The notes under the pieces: generated by a model
Database searches by the model: none
What the model saw: the letters and a program-made list of their open reading frames with translations, nothing else
What the model was told of the DNA's origin: nothing
Position numbers and translations under genes: made by a program
Origin: Geosiphon pyriformis uo1
Taxonomy: Eukaryota; Fungi; Glomeromycota
Direction: 5' to 3'
DNA length: 64,000 bases
NCBI GenBank assembly: GCA_016748015.1
Contig: JAAOMT010000638.1
Span: 72,550-136,549, forward strand
Shown: positions 1 through 11,341 of the stretch, piece after piece
Numbering within the stretch: the first letter of the stretch is position 1
How the letters are laid out: each line of letters starts with the position of its first letter

Positions 1-1096
1 TGTTTCCCCCAAAATGAAATTGGAAGAGTTTTAGTGAAAAAAAATATTTCTGGTAATTTTCTTTTTTTCCTATAAAAATGATTATTAAAATGCTTCTGAA
101 TCCATTTTTAAATATTCTTACATATTTATAGCAGATATTGGGGAGGACATGAGAATAAAAAAAACGCTATTTGCCTATTTTAGAGCACCAATAGTTAATA
201 GAAATGAATGCCTAGCGAGACCAATTTCTTTGGCTCCATTGGAGGGATATGGTTTGATGGTTGAAAAAATTTTTGTTGATTCTATTTGGCTTGGTGATGT
301 GCAAAGAATGATGCCAGTCTTGGTTAAAAAGTTTCAAAGAATTGCTGAAAAATATGCAAGACAGCAGTTTTCAATTTTATTTGTTGGGTATGGTATTGGA
401 GGAGGTAAATAATAGCTTTATAAAAGTTAAATATTCATAGAAACAAAACTAATAAAATTTATTTCACTTCTTTTTCTTAGCATATGCAACTTTAGCAGCA
501 TTACATTTATGGAATCTATTGCGAATAAACACCTCATCCATTAGGCATTTAAAGGGAGCTCAATTTGGCCTTATAACATTTGGTGCTCCGCGAATTGGAA
601 ATCCTGGATTTGCAAAGTTGGTTGCAAATGCATTTATTCAAAACAATGTTTATCGAGTGACTCATTCGAATGATTGGGTATCAAGAGAATTTTTGCCAAA
701 AGGTCTATTCCTTCATAATGAGCTGGAATATTGGCTAGGAAAACCTGACTGTGATTGTCCAAAATATTCCTCACATTTATACTGGGTACATAAGTGTGTT
801 GAGCGAAAAGATGGTGAATTTGATGAAAGTCAGGTAAGAATGGAACAATTTTCATTTGTTCAAGATACATAAAAAAATTTTCTTGTTATTCTGCTACTAA
901 GTATGACTTTTTGAATCCGTTTTGGCTAAAACTTTTTCTGTGATTATTATATTTTTACTTTTCCTTTTAGGAGTGTAACCTTGGTACAATAGATTCATCA
1001 CTTCAAAGTAATGCTCTTCCGATTTTGGGCCCTTATTTTGGTATCAATTTCGGAAATTGCACTAATACAAAGTCAGATTTTTTAAGATTTCAGTAG
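1..1096 (+). CDS. Class-3 lipase-fold protein, 5' partial, catalytic Ser and His apparently absent. Exons <1-52, 132/135-404, 481-833, 971-1096
   Basis: GT-AG introns splice in frame to give LFAYFRA..., ILFVGYGIGGAYATLAAL (position of GHSLGG), LITFGAPRIGNPGFA, RVTHSNDWV, FLHNELEYW and ILGPYFG...C, the motif order of fungal Lipase_3. Stop TAG at 1094-1096. Confidence 0.85.
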
Positions 1097-2349
1097 TCTA
1101 AGTAAAAAACTGTTTATTTAAAAAAATATTGTGGAATTTTGCATAATCGATACAATCGCCACAAAAATTGACCATTCATTATCATTATTTTCTTTGACTT
1201 TCGCCTCTCCTGCTGGAATTTTCCTATATTATTTCAGTTCCTTTTCAAAAAGCTTTTTTTTTTTTTTACCATAAAAAGAGTTTCAAGAGTATTATACTTC
1301 AGTATTTAGATACCTAATATATTCGGAATTCCCACATAAGAATATCGTTGAAATTTATATTTTTCTTATTCAGTAAAGAATTTTTTTTTTCGTGAAAAGC
1401 TTACTCATTTCACATGAGATTCGTGTCACTTAAATCAATCGAATAGGAAATAGTGATTATATAGAAAAGAACTAACCTATTTCATGTCCAAGATGACTAT
1501 ACCGGGATGAAGATCATGATTGCTAATAAGATTTTTCAAATGAAAACTAAAATTTTAGACTTGGGCCTCTTGACGCTGAATATTTCTAGCTTTTATGAAT
1601 TTCTATAATTAAGAAATTTAGAATTTAACCTTTATATAAGATAAACTATAAACGATGTGGGAAACTCTTATAATTTCTGAATAGCTAGCTGAAGATAATT
1701 CGGACCTTTTTTCGTTTAAAAAACTTTGTTTATAGTCACTTTTGATAAATTTAAAATTGGAATTAAAAATAATTTGCAGAAATCAATTTGTGACCAATTA
1801 TTATTATTAAGTTTTCCAATTTCAGAAATTTTCTTGACTAATAAAAAATTAATTGAGCATTTTATCATGGGTTTTGTGTGAATAATCAAAAAGATATTTG
1901 TCGGTGTATGCAAGCAACTTTTGTGACTCTGTCTAGACTCTTCATATTTGTGCAACCTCTCAGAAGTATCAAATCTTATTTCGGTTATTCACGAAATTTA
2001 AGATAAGATTTTCTTCTGATCACATTTAAACATAACCAATTTAAAATTTATATTTGTACAAAAAATTTGGCAAATTTCTATTTTACACACTCATTGAACC
2101 TTAACTTTAAAAAATTATGTCGGCTGAAAAAACTCTATTTTGAAATATAGGGAAAACAGGTGTTATGTTTTGTAAAAAATTTGACTTATCATTATGTAAA
2201 ACTTCCAGTCACAATAAAAGTCGCACTAATAATTCTTGAGATAACCGTAACTTTTATTTCTAAAAGTTAAAAAAACGAGAGTCAAAATCTATAGCCTGAC
2301 CTATGTTTTTTGATTGAGATTTGTCATAGTATTAACCATATAAGTGGTA

Positions 2350-3030
2350 ATGAGCATGTGTTGTTGTCGTAATTATAAAATAACTCACCTCACACTTTCG
2401 TGTAATCAATGTATTACAATACTACAATGTTGAAAACTTGAAATATTCCTTAATAGCCTTTTGTTCAATTTTATTGATTTGACTTTAACAAGAAGCAACA
2501 TGGTTTACATCAAAAGATTCCAAATGATATGATTGTGGCTTCGCATTTAGTGTTAATATGTCGTCTATGTTTAATCAATCTAATTTACTGGAAAAGGTTG
2601 CCATTTAGGAATGAATATTTTGATTTCGTTTGTCAACATTACTTATATTGGTTGGATGTATACAGATTTAATGGGGGAAACGTTTATAATAAATGAGCTA
2701 CTTAGATTAACGGCGGGTGATAGTAAAACGAACGCTTATCAAATAGATTTGAGCGAGCAAATTCATTAAAATCAATAAATCATTTTCATTACTTTTTAAT
2801 TATAATTATAATTTTCATAATTCAAAGAAATCTCACGTCAGAAAATTACAATTCCTCTTGAACCACGAGCTGATGTTTGGGGACAAGTTGTAATACCTTT
2901 TTTGAAATGATGATCTTATATCGCATCTGTTAATATTGGAATTTCGCCTTTAAGATTTGAAATTCGTAATTAAAGGATGTTCAAGTTTCAGAGGTTTGTT
3001 GCACCAATTATGAATAATATTGCGTTTTAA
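2350..3030 (+). pseudogene. Decayed paralogue of the MGCCC-type class I SAM methyltransferase at 20500-21625
   Basis: Frameshifted fragments in the correct order: MSMCCCRNYK (2350; cf. MGCCCSRK), FRVINVLQYYNVENLKY (~2397; cf. FQIIDGRRYHNLENAKY), NLLE/LPFRNEYFDFVCQ (~2582-2637; cf. NLLDGLPMENDTLDFVFQ), YTD...IINELLRLTAG (cf. YTE...VIQELARVTRPG), KITIPLEP...WGQ (cf. RLKIPIGK...GGQ). Multiple stops and frameshifts; 3' end approximate. Confidence 0.75.
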
Positions 3031-5162
3031 TATTATAATGCACTGATCGAGACGATAGGGAGAGATGTCTCCTCAACATCTAGTGTAAGAGATGAAAATA
3101 TTTTCCATTTCCTAAGAAATAATCTTCTCCAAATAGCTTGTACCAACCCAAAGCTGATGGGGATCTTAAGTTAAACTTTAAAGAAAAAATGTTTTAAATA
3201 AAAGATATGAATTGGATCATCTTAAAAGTAACAAAAATATTATTGCTTTCCTTTCCAAATTTCGAGTTTCGCGCGGTTTTCTATCAAATCTTTATTTGTA
3301 CTATATCAAAAAAATAATCATTTCGAATGATTAAATAAAATTGTACAATGACATACTGAAATTTTTGATTCAATAAAATAAGGTACTGAAATTGAAAAAA
3401 AAAGAGCCGTATTATTGGGTAACTTAACAAGTAATGCGCGTACCATTTGATGAATCTAAGGTAGAATAAATTGTATCAGTTGCATGAATTTTAGTAAAAT
3501 ATGAAATACAACCGATACGATTAATTGCCACTCACTTTTTCTGAAAATTTTAAAATCGGATTTATAATAAAGAGATGGTCTCCGCTCAAACGTTTTGTTA
3601 AACAAAAAAAGGCTTTCTTAATGAATTGTGTTTCATACAGCGATTTTTTCATAGATCTGCAGTGGGATTCTCTATACTTTTTAGTATAAGAGTTGACAAG
3701 AAGGGGCAAATATCTTATTAGTACGATGTTTTAAAATCTGGTCATCCCAAACCATAGTATAATCTTCACAGAGCTTGTATATTACCCTCATTTTAAATCT
3801 TAACTGAAAATTTAAAACGTATTTCTAAACGTCTTTAGCTGAAAACAAAATTTCCAAATAATTTTAATATATATAATAAAATGGACTTGATCGTCAATAT
3901 GAAAAAATTCTTTTTCAAAATTGCCGTTTTTTCAGGTCCCTCATTGTTTGTTTTGATTTAAGGTTCATTCTCTCTCCCCAATTTAATTTTCATCAATTTT
4001 CTGTTGACGTTTTTATTTCTTTGGTCATGTTACTTTTTGATTAAGGTTTCATACGTTGCATACGTCAAAAATATTCTATTTACTAAATTAGGTAATCTAT
4101 TTGATTAATTTGAGCCTTTGATATCATCTCAGATATGTTGAGTCTCTTAATAAATTGTAAGCTTAATAAATTATCAGGGAATAATAATTTCATGTGCCAA
4201 AGAAATATTAATTTCGTAATTATCATCAAAGTAGACAGCTCAAGTAGTAATGAATAGATGAGATAATCTATTTTTTTTTAGAAAGTATTAGAAATAAAAT
4301 GCCTTTAGAGTCTTAATTTTTAAAGAGTTGTTATGTCTAAAAAACATTTTTAAAAGAAAAGAAATGTTTTTAAAAAAGATACAAATTTTGACCATGATAT
4401 TTGAACATTTTAAATCCTTTTACCTATATATAAAATTCATTTTCATTGAATTCTTTCGCACGTGACAATTTATTCCTTTTAAAATTATTTTCATGAAATA
4501 GAAATCGATAAAAAATACCCTTTAACGAGTCTCTATTTTTTTTTGTTTATAGTTTCACATCCTTGTACTTCGGTAAATCGTAATATAATTCTAAAAAATT
4601 TATCGCTTTTTTACCGACATATCACTGTTTTCCTCTTAATATACCCAATTTTTTTCACTTCAATATTTCTTTTAAAAGAATGATAGAAAATTTTGAGAAA
4701 AATCTATTTTCCAAGTTAATAAAAAATTTAATTTATATTAAAAATGAATTATTTCTTTATTCTTATAATATATTAATACGAGAAAAAACATAAATTTTTT
4801 TAATATTAATTGGGAACAGCATATGATCTACATGAGGAAAGTACCCGATTTTCCTTCATGAAATTACATGCATCAAAAGAGACAAAAGGGGGAAGGTCTA
4901 AGCAAATTTGGCATACAAGTCTTATTAATTGTAGTAAAATATCTTAAATTATTATTGTGTTATAAACAATTTTTCATCTTATTATTTCATAAACAATGTA
5001 AAGATGTTAATGCTATTATCTGTTAACAACTATCCTTACAATTCATACATAGCCTCCTGATTTGAAACTTTTTATTCTTGTCAATTTAAATCTTGTACAA
5101 AAAAAAACAAAAGAATATTAAATAAAAAAAGATAAAAATAATTTTTCGATTTAAAAAAATTT

Positions 5163-5170
5163 TATATAAA
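5163..5170 (+). promoter_or_regulatory. Putative TATA box of the HMG gene
   Basis: TATATAAA about 80 nt upstream of ATG 5247. Weak evidence given the AT-rich background. Confidence 0.35.
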
Positions 5171-5246
5171 GACTTGATTTCTTAACTTTACAAATTCAGC
5201 AAAAATTTTTATTCAAACTTTTACGGAATTTATTTAGTTTAAAAAA

Positions 5247-6152
5247 ATGAATTTCCCTTCACAAAAATCAACTTCATCCTCTTTATCAACTTTTCATGGG
5301 TTTCCAAAAGTATCTCGTCCTTTACGTGCATTAATTGAATTTGTTATTAGAACAACAATTGATCCTGATACTCTTTCAAAAATTAATCGTCAGCTTACAA
5401 AACCATTACATCTTCTTATCGAACCTCGTTCAGTTAAACGACCAAACATTATACCACGCCCTCAAAATCTTTTTGTACTCTACCGTTGCGATATGCAAGA
5501 AGTTTTTCTCAGAGAGAATGGGGAATCAACAATAGGAAATCAATTAAAAGAAGTTTCTAAATGGGCCTCAAAAAAATGGAAAGAGGAACCAGAAGAAATT
5601 CGAGATTTGTATCAGGAAATGGCTAAATGTGCAAAAAAAGTCCATTTAATGGCTTATCCCAATTATGAATATAAACCAAGACGTAAAAGAGTACCATTCA
5701 AGGAATTTTACAAAAATCATCAAATACATGTACATGGCAAACAAAAATTATCGACTATTCTACCAGCCAATATAATCACACAGAGTGACTTTGAAATAAT
5801 TAGTGAAAAAAATTTTTCGTCACAAGATTCTTTCTCAGCTTCTCACCTTCAACAAAGAACTATTATAAATCGGCTCAACCCGACGATGCTGCCAAATCCA
5901 ATTATTCCACATTCAACAATAAATCCTTACTCTAAAAATATGGAAACAATTTTAGCCTCCCAGTCAGCATGCAGCAAGTCACCACTATTTTTTTTACCAT
6001 CATTTAAATCTTTTGAAAATAATTTTCATTTTCCTGCAATAAAGGAATCTTCAGTCCAATTGCTATCTCCCAAACCAATTGATCTAAAAAAAATGGATTG
6101 TTGGTATGATTTAAAAATGCAAAAAAAACTCAATGAATGCTGCAACCTATAA
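5247..6152 (+). CDS. MATA-type HMG-box transcription factor, intronless, 301 aa
   Basis: IPRPQNLFVLYRCDMQ...VSKWASKKWKEEPEEIRDLYQEMAKCAKKVHLMAYPNYEYKPRRKR is a SOX/MATA HMG box with basic tail. The family is known to be greatly expanded in Glomeromycotina. Confidence 0.92.
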   Translation: MNFPSQKSTSSSLSTFHGFPKVSRPLRALIEFVIRTTIDPDTLSKINRQLTKPLHLLIEPRSVKRPNIIPRPQNLFVLYRCDMQEVFLRENGESTIGNQLKEVSKWASKKWKEEPEEIRDLYQEMAKCAKKVHLMAYPNYEYKPRRKRVPFKEFYKNHQIHVHGKQKLSTILPANIITQSDFEIISEKNFSSQDSFSASHLQQRTIINRLNPTMLPNPIIPHSTINPYSKNMETILASQSACSKSPLFFLPSFKSFENNFHFPAIKESSVQLLSPKPIDLKKMDCWYDLKMQKKLNECCNL

Positions 6153-6314
6153 ACGTTCCCTATCTAATAAAAATTATTGACACGTGACGCACTTTAAATT
6201 TGTTATCATATGATAATAAATTTAATTATAATTTCCCTCCATCACTTATTGGTCAAGAATTGTATAACGCGGCGTATTCTATTTTGTAAAATATCCAATA
6301 ATGATAGTAATAAT

Positions 6315-6317
<3 letters not shown>

Positions 6318-6346
<29 letters not shown>
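6318..6346. repeat. (AAT)n microsatellite
   Basis: Directly visible tandem AAT units. Confidence 0.9.
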
Positions 6347-6348
<2 letters not shown>

Positions 6349-6479
6349 GTAAGTATATGTAGCTCAAAATATTTAAGAAATTTTTTAAATTAAGTTAATA
6401 TAGTTCCTGATTTATGTAATTTTTTCATTTTATTTTAAAAATCAATAATAAAAAATTTAAAAGTTAATGTATTTATTTT

Positions 6480-7300
6480 GGTTTGTAATTTAATGGATGG
6501 TTTGTTTTTTTCAGCAAAAAAAAAACTTTTTGTAAAACAGTATACTAGTATTTTTTATTTTTCACCAACACAGATCGTACTATTGTAAAAAGAGTTACAT
6601 GTAAACTGATAAAAATGGATCAAAAGACAAACAATATTATGTTCTGAATATCCTACTTTTTCTTAAAATCAGCCAGCATAAACAGCTTTAAACAGTTGAT
6701 GACAAATCATAATATTGATAATTATATATTGTTAATATACAAAAGCTTTGTTAAAAAAAATAAACTAGAGGGTTTTTATATAAATACATTTTCTTTGATT
6801 AAAAAATTGCACAGCATAATAAAAACTCCTTATATTACCAATATGTTTAATATGATGTTTAAAACATGTAAACTGGACAAAAACAAAATTGGAAAAAAGT
6901 CTTAAAGAATAATAAATCATTATTTTTTTAATCTTAACAGAATATAACAAAAGAAACAAAAATAAATGAGCTTTTTTCTGGTATTTCAATCATAATAAAA
7001 ACGAATTAAAAATATTTTTTACAAACAGAGATTAAAACCTATTATATTACTTTATAAATTCGATATTAAAGTTATTGACAGCATTGGGGAATGACAAACA
7101 GAACACAGAGCTTACAAAAAAACCTATGCTAAAAACATAATTTTGTTGAAGGATCATACAAATCTTGAAAAGTGAGTGCCAATTAAACTTAAATTTTCAT
7201 AAACATAATGCAGTTTCTTATATTTAAAAAGCCATAGAACCTTAAAGTAAAAACTTAAAAAGGGTATTTGAAAATTAAAAAAAAAACATGTTTTTAGCGT
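6480..7300 (+). mobile_element. Unclassified degenerate repeat/TE relic between two convergent genes
   Basis: A-rich coding-like texture with many stops, and surviving C/G mainly in AC/GT/GC context as in the TE block. No domain recognised. Confidence 0.3.
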
Positions 7301-7438
7301 TTCTTAGTGGTTAATCAAATAAATTTATAAATAATAAAACTTATTAGAAAAGATTGAATAATTTTAAAATGGTTTTAAACAGTGGCTATGTCTTATAAAA
7401 AATTTATATTCCAAGAAATTGATATATTTAATTCAGAA

Positions 7439-8777
7439 TCATAATGAGTTAAAAAGTCTTTGAAGTTTAACTTTTTCCTCTAAGAAAAAATCAAGAGGGA
7501 TAGGATTTCCCTTTACTGAAACTTGTGATTTGGAAAAATTTAGAATAAAAATTCGTTCTTTTTCGGGTGTATCTCGATGATAACCCAGAAAAAAATTGGA
7601 AATCTCGAGGTTGTTATGTAAAATCTTGTGTTTGTGAATTGCTTCAATTGCCATCATTGCTTGATCTTCATGAATCTTTTTCAATTCGGAATTTTCGGCT
7701 GGCTTAATGAACTCTGTACACAAGATAAGCCTTCTGGATATTATTTCAAACTGGAGAACCTTTGGAACAAATATTGTTTGAATATTTTCAAGTTTCTCTA
7801 AAACTCTAGCTTCATTAAGGATCAGGCTAAATTTCGAACCATCCGTTTCTGGGCAATGTTTAACGACAGCAAAATGGTTAATATTATATTGGACAAGATG
7901 GGTATTTTCTCCCAATTTTTTGATCACGTTTCCTTTTATACAATCGAAATAATTGGTGTCATTATTTGGATTAGATGGTATATTTTGTTTACTAGGAACA
8001 TTAGAAGGAAAATATTAATTTAATTTTTTGTTGCACCAGATGAAAAAGCATATATATTTACCCCTCAGTTGCAATTCTTGAGACTTGAACCAATGTAAAC
8101 ATATAATGAAAAGCTTCTCGAATCGTAGGGTTCTCCGAGTTATGATAAATGGGAGGCGAAATGAGAAGCTTCGTTGAGGAAGGGTTGGATCTCTTGAGAA
8201 ACCAAGTGGTTTCATATGTAGAAAGAACTCCATATTGAAGATTTTTCAAACACATGTAATCAAAAAGTTGAATGATTTGAAAGTCGGGTTTAAAGTCTTT
8301 ATTAATGACTAAATTCGATCTTAAGGCAATCGGCATAAGCACCCGATTCAACCCATCATCTCTAAGAAGCCAGTTAATAGGTCCGATATTTTTTGCTGGT
8401 GAATTAAAGGACCTCGAAATCATTTCTAGTTCCGGATTTCGGATGCGTGCAAAACCCGGGTGACTTTCACAAACTCTATCAATGCTAAGATGAGAAAAAT
8501 TTGTGAAGGACTTTATAGGAAACAAAATTTGTTTTTCCATCATATAGCATAGATTGGATTTTTTCTCAACAACTAATTCCTCTTGTGGAATTGGGATCAA
8601 ATGAAAAAAATCGACTCTGGTCTGAACCATTGAATCTAACATAAAATTTGACCATTCTTCTATAGAAGTTGGTTCTTGGTGCCTTCCTTGAGCAAAGAAA
8701 TCGTATTTCCATGAATTAGAATATTTTAATGAAGCGGGAATTGATTTTAAGAACTCATGCTCTGTCAAAAAACTCAT
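7439..8777 (-). CDS. Restriction-endonuclease-fold + protein-kinase-fold fusion (Crinkler-type effector core), probably catalytically inactive. Exons 8777-8062 and 7991-7439, 422 aa
   Basis: A 70-nt GT-AG intron (8061-7992) joins the two ORFs in frame. The N-half has QLFDYMCLKNLQYGVLSTYETTWFLKR, typical of fungal REase domains preceding kinases. The C-half has AVVK, LNEARVLEKL, VPKVL, LCTEFI, IHKHKILHNNLEISNF and FILNFSKS (kinase subdomains II-VII). Confidence 0.8.
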
Positions 8778-8941
8778 AGCTTTTAGCACATCTAATCAGA
8801 TTGTGAAAGAGGCTTGACATTTTATAAAGAAAACTTTTCCTTCTGAATCTAAAAAAGGATAATTTAAGCAATAATTATAAAGTTTGCCCACAGGCTAGCA
8901 CTTTAAATTGTTTACGCGAGCAGATGGCTAAGAATCTAAAC

Positions 8942-8978
8942 CATCATCATCATAATCATCATCATCATCATCATCATC
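8942..8978. repeat. (CAT)n microsatellite, one interruption
   Basis: Directly visible. Confidence 0.9.
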
Positions 8979-11152
8979 TTAATAATGGGTATTCTTTTTT
9001 TTTAAATTTTTGAGTAAAGAATCAAAGTTTTTAATTTGAAAAGGACAAAATCTTTCCATTTCGGGAATAGTTGGAAGACTTTGTAAAGTTTCTTGCTTCC
9101 CATGTGCTATAGACACTCAGATTAAAAATTATAGCTGCCGAATTATTTTATGTGCATTATTTTAGTTAATTTCCACAGCAAAAAATTTCGGGTATGTAAC
9201 AAGAGAGACAACAGTGAACCTGGTAGCTATTACAGGTTTAAATTCCTATTTAACATAGGAGTTGGAAGCCAAGAAAGTGGTTTCTGGGATATCGCCAAAT
9301 AATTATGATCTACACTCGAAAAGCCTTAAAAGGCAAAGCTTTTGTCAGATAAATTTTTGTATCACCAAAAAGTTACAAAAGGTAAAACCCAAAAAAAGCA
9401 TATAAGACAATACTATCAAATAAAGATTTTTGAATTATTCCCAATGATTTGTGATATTGTCTGCAGAAAAATTTTTCCTGTTGATCAGAATAGACACAGA
9501 GGATGCCCCCAAAATAAGAAACGTGTTTTTGATAAAGTTTTTTTGTTCCCAAAAAAAATTTGTTCTAAAGAGAATTTGTATCTAAGTATTTAAGTATCTA
9601 AGTATTTAAGTATGTATTATCTTATGCTTGGCGCCAAAATTCATTAATACCATTTAAAGGCATAAGTTGGCATTCTTTTATAGAACTTTTTCCTTTTCTC
9701 TGTCTTTACATGAAAAAATTTTGAAATTAAAATTTTAGAATTTTTGGTAATAACAATGAGAAGAAACTCTAATAATAAAATAAAAATTGAATTCACAGGA
9801 AAAATCTATTATAGAGATGTATTTAAAAATTTTTACCCTTGTTTAAAAAAAATTTCTTATCCTTTATAATTCCTCTTTAACTTTTTTTCCCTTTTTTTCT
9901 TTTTTAAAGTCAATTCTAAAACAAAAGTTTTTATTCATTTTTACATACGAAATTAATTAGTCATGATGAATAAAAAAAATGACTTTTAACTAATTTAAAA
10001 TTAATAGCAATTTTAATAATAAATCTTAATATTAACCAGTAAAAAATTTTCAAGATAATAGCTTAGAGTATAAAAACTTAAAAATCAATAAAAGAAAAAT
10101 TAAACTGTAACGGTAAACTATAAAAGATTAAGAAAATATGATTGACTCGTTTGTCACAAAGGAAAAATTTGACCAAAATACTGTATAAAGTTTCTATTGT
10201 CTTTTAGGATATATCGGTCGAACTTGGTATGTATGCCAAATAATTCTGTGGGCACCGTATTACAAATAAAGAAGATATTAATCTATCACAACAGGTATTG
10301 GTAATTCCAAAATTTGAACTTGACGGTTTGGAAAATAAAACTTGTGAGATAATCAAAATCATAAATAGAATTATGAATTATTAATAAATATTATGGGATC
10401 AATTTACACACACACTTGTGATTGATATTTTCAATAAAAACAAGTTTCTTCTCTTTGTTCATCAACAAAAAAAAATAACTAATTGAGATTTAAACAAAGA
10501 TTCCAAAAATTTTTTAAAAGGTATCTATATATAAAAGTAATATTGCCCTGTTATCTTAGTTTTTGAAAAGTGACACTTGTTTTAAAAAAAAAATTTAATG
10601 AGTTCATAAGTCTCATGAAGTTTTATTTATTTTTTACAATAAAGCAGGAATTGAATAATTATAATTGCATGTACATAAAAAAAGTGATTTTTGAATGGAT
10701 CCTAATAATTCTATAAATATATATGCGCAGAAAAGTTCAACAGTGAGAAAATCAGATTACGTTAAGTTTAATTAAAGATGAACGAATAAATGTAATTCCA
10801 AATCGGTAATTGGAAAAAAATAATTTACGAAACGAAGCGAAAAGTTCGAATGGTGAATTTAATTTGTTGATTAGTTTTACTTTAGCGTTTTTATCTGGGT
10901 TAAAAAAATTGTTTACGCTATAAAAAAGGCTACACCAATAGTTATTTATATCAATTTATCCTTATTATTTTACGAAAGAAAAATGGAAACTGTTTTGTTA
11001 AAATTTAGTATATTCCTAATATTTCGAAAAATATAGAATTCTTTAAAGGAAATACGATCAATGATTGCCAGGTACAATAGCCGAAAAATCAATCACTTTA
11101 AAAAAACATTTTTCTAATAAAAAGCTTAAAATTTTGGATGATAATTGCGAGA

Positions 11153-11155
11153 CTA

Positions 11156-11197
<42 letters not shown>

Positions 11198-11341
11198 TTT
11201 TTGTTTTTGTTTTTGTTGCTGTTGTTGTTGTTGCTGTTGTTGTTGCTGTTGTTGTTGTGGTGGTGGTGGTGATGGTGGTGATGGTTGTTATTCTAGTTGT
11301 TGCTGTTTTGACCTATCAATTTGTTGTACTGCATAATTCAT
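11153..11341 (-). repeat. Compound trinucleotide array (CCA/TCA, CAA/CAG, CAAAAA, CAT) that reads as an interrupted poly-P/poly-Q/poly-H frame on the minus strand
   Basis: From minus-strand ATG 11341: MNYAVQQIDRSKQQQLE*QPSPPSPPPP-polyQ-KQKQK-polyH*. Confidence 0.8.

Noticed and set aside
4831-4860. Imperfect inverted repeat upstream of the HMG gene
   Set aside because: Only 10-bp arms with a bulge; plausible by chance.
5247-6152. HMG gene as a mating-type (sex) locus
   Set aside because: The flanking genes expected for the Mucorales sex locus (triose-phosphate transporter, RNA helicase) are not present, and the family is highly multicopy in this group.
9581-9613. TAAGTAT(C/T) tandem 8-mers as possible telomere or CRISPR-like repeats
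   Set aside because: Only about four contiguous units with no spacers; a simple minisatellite.
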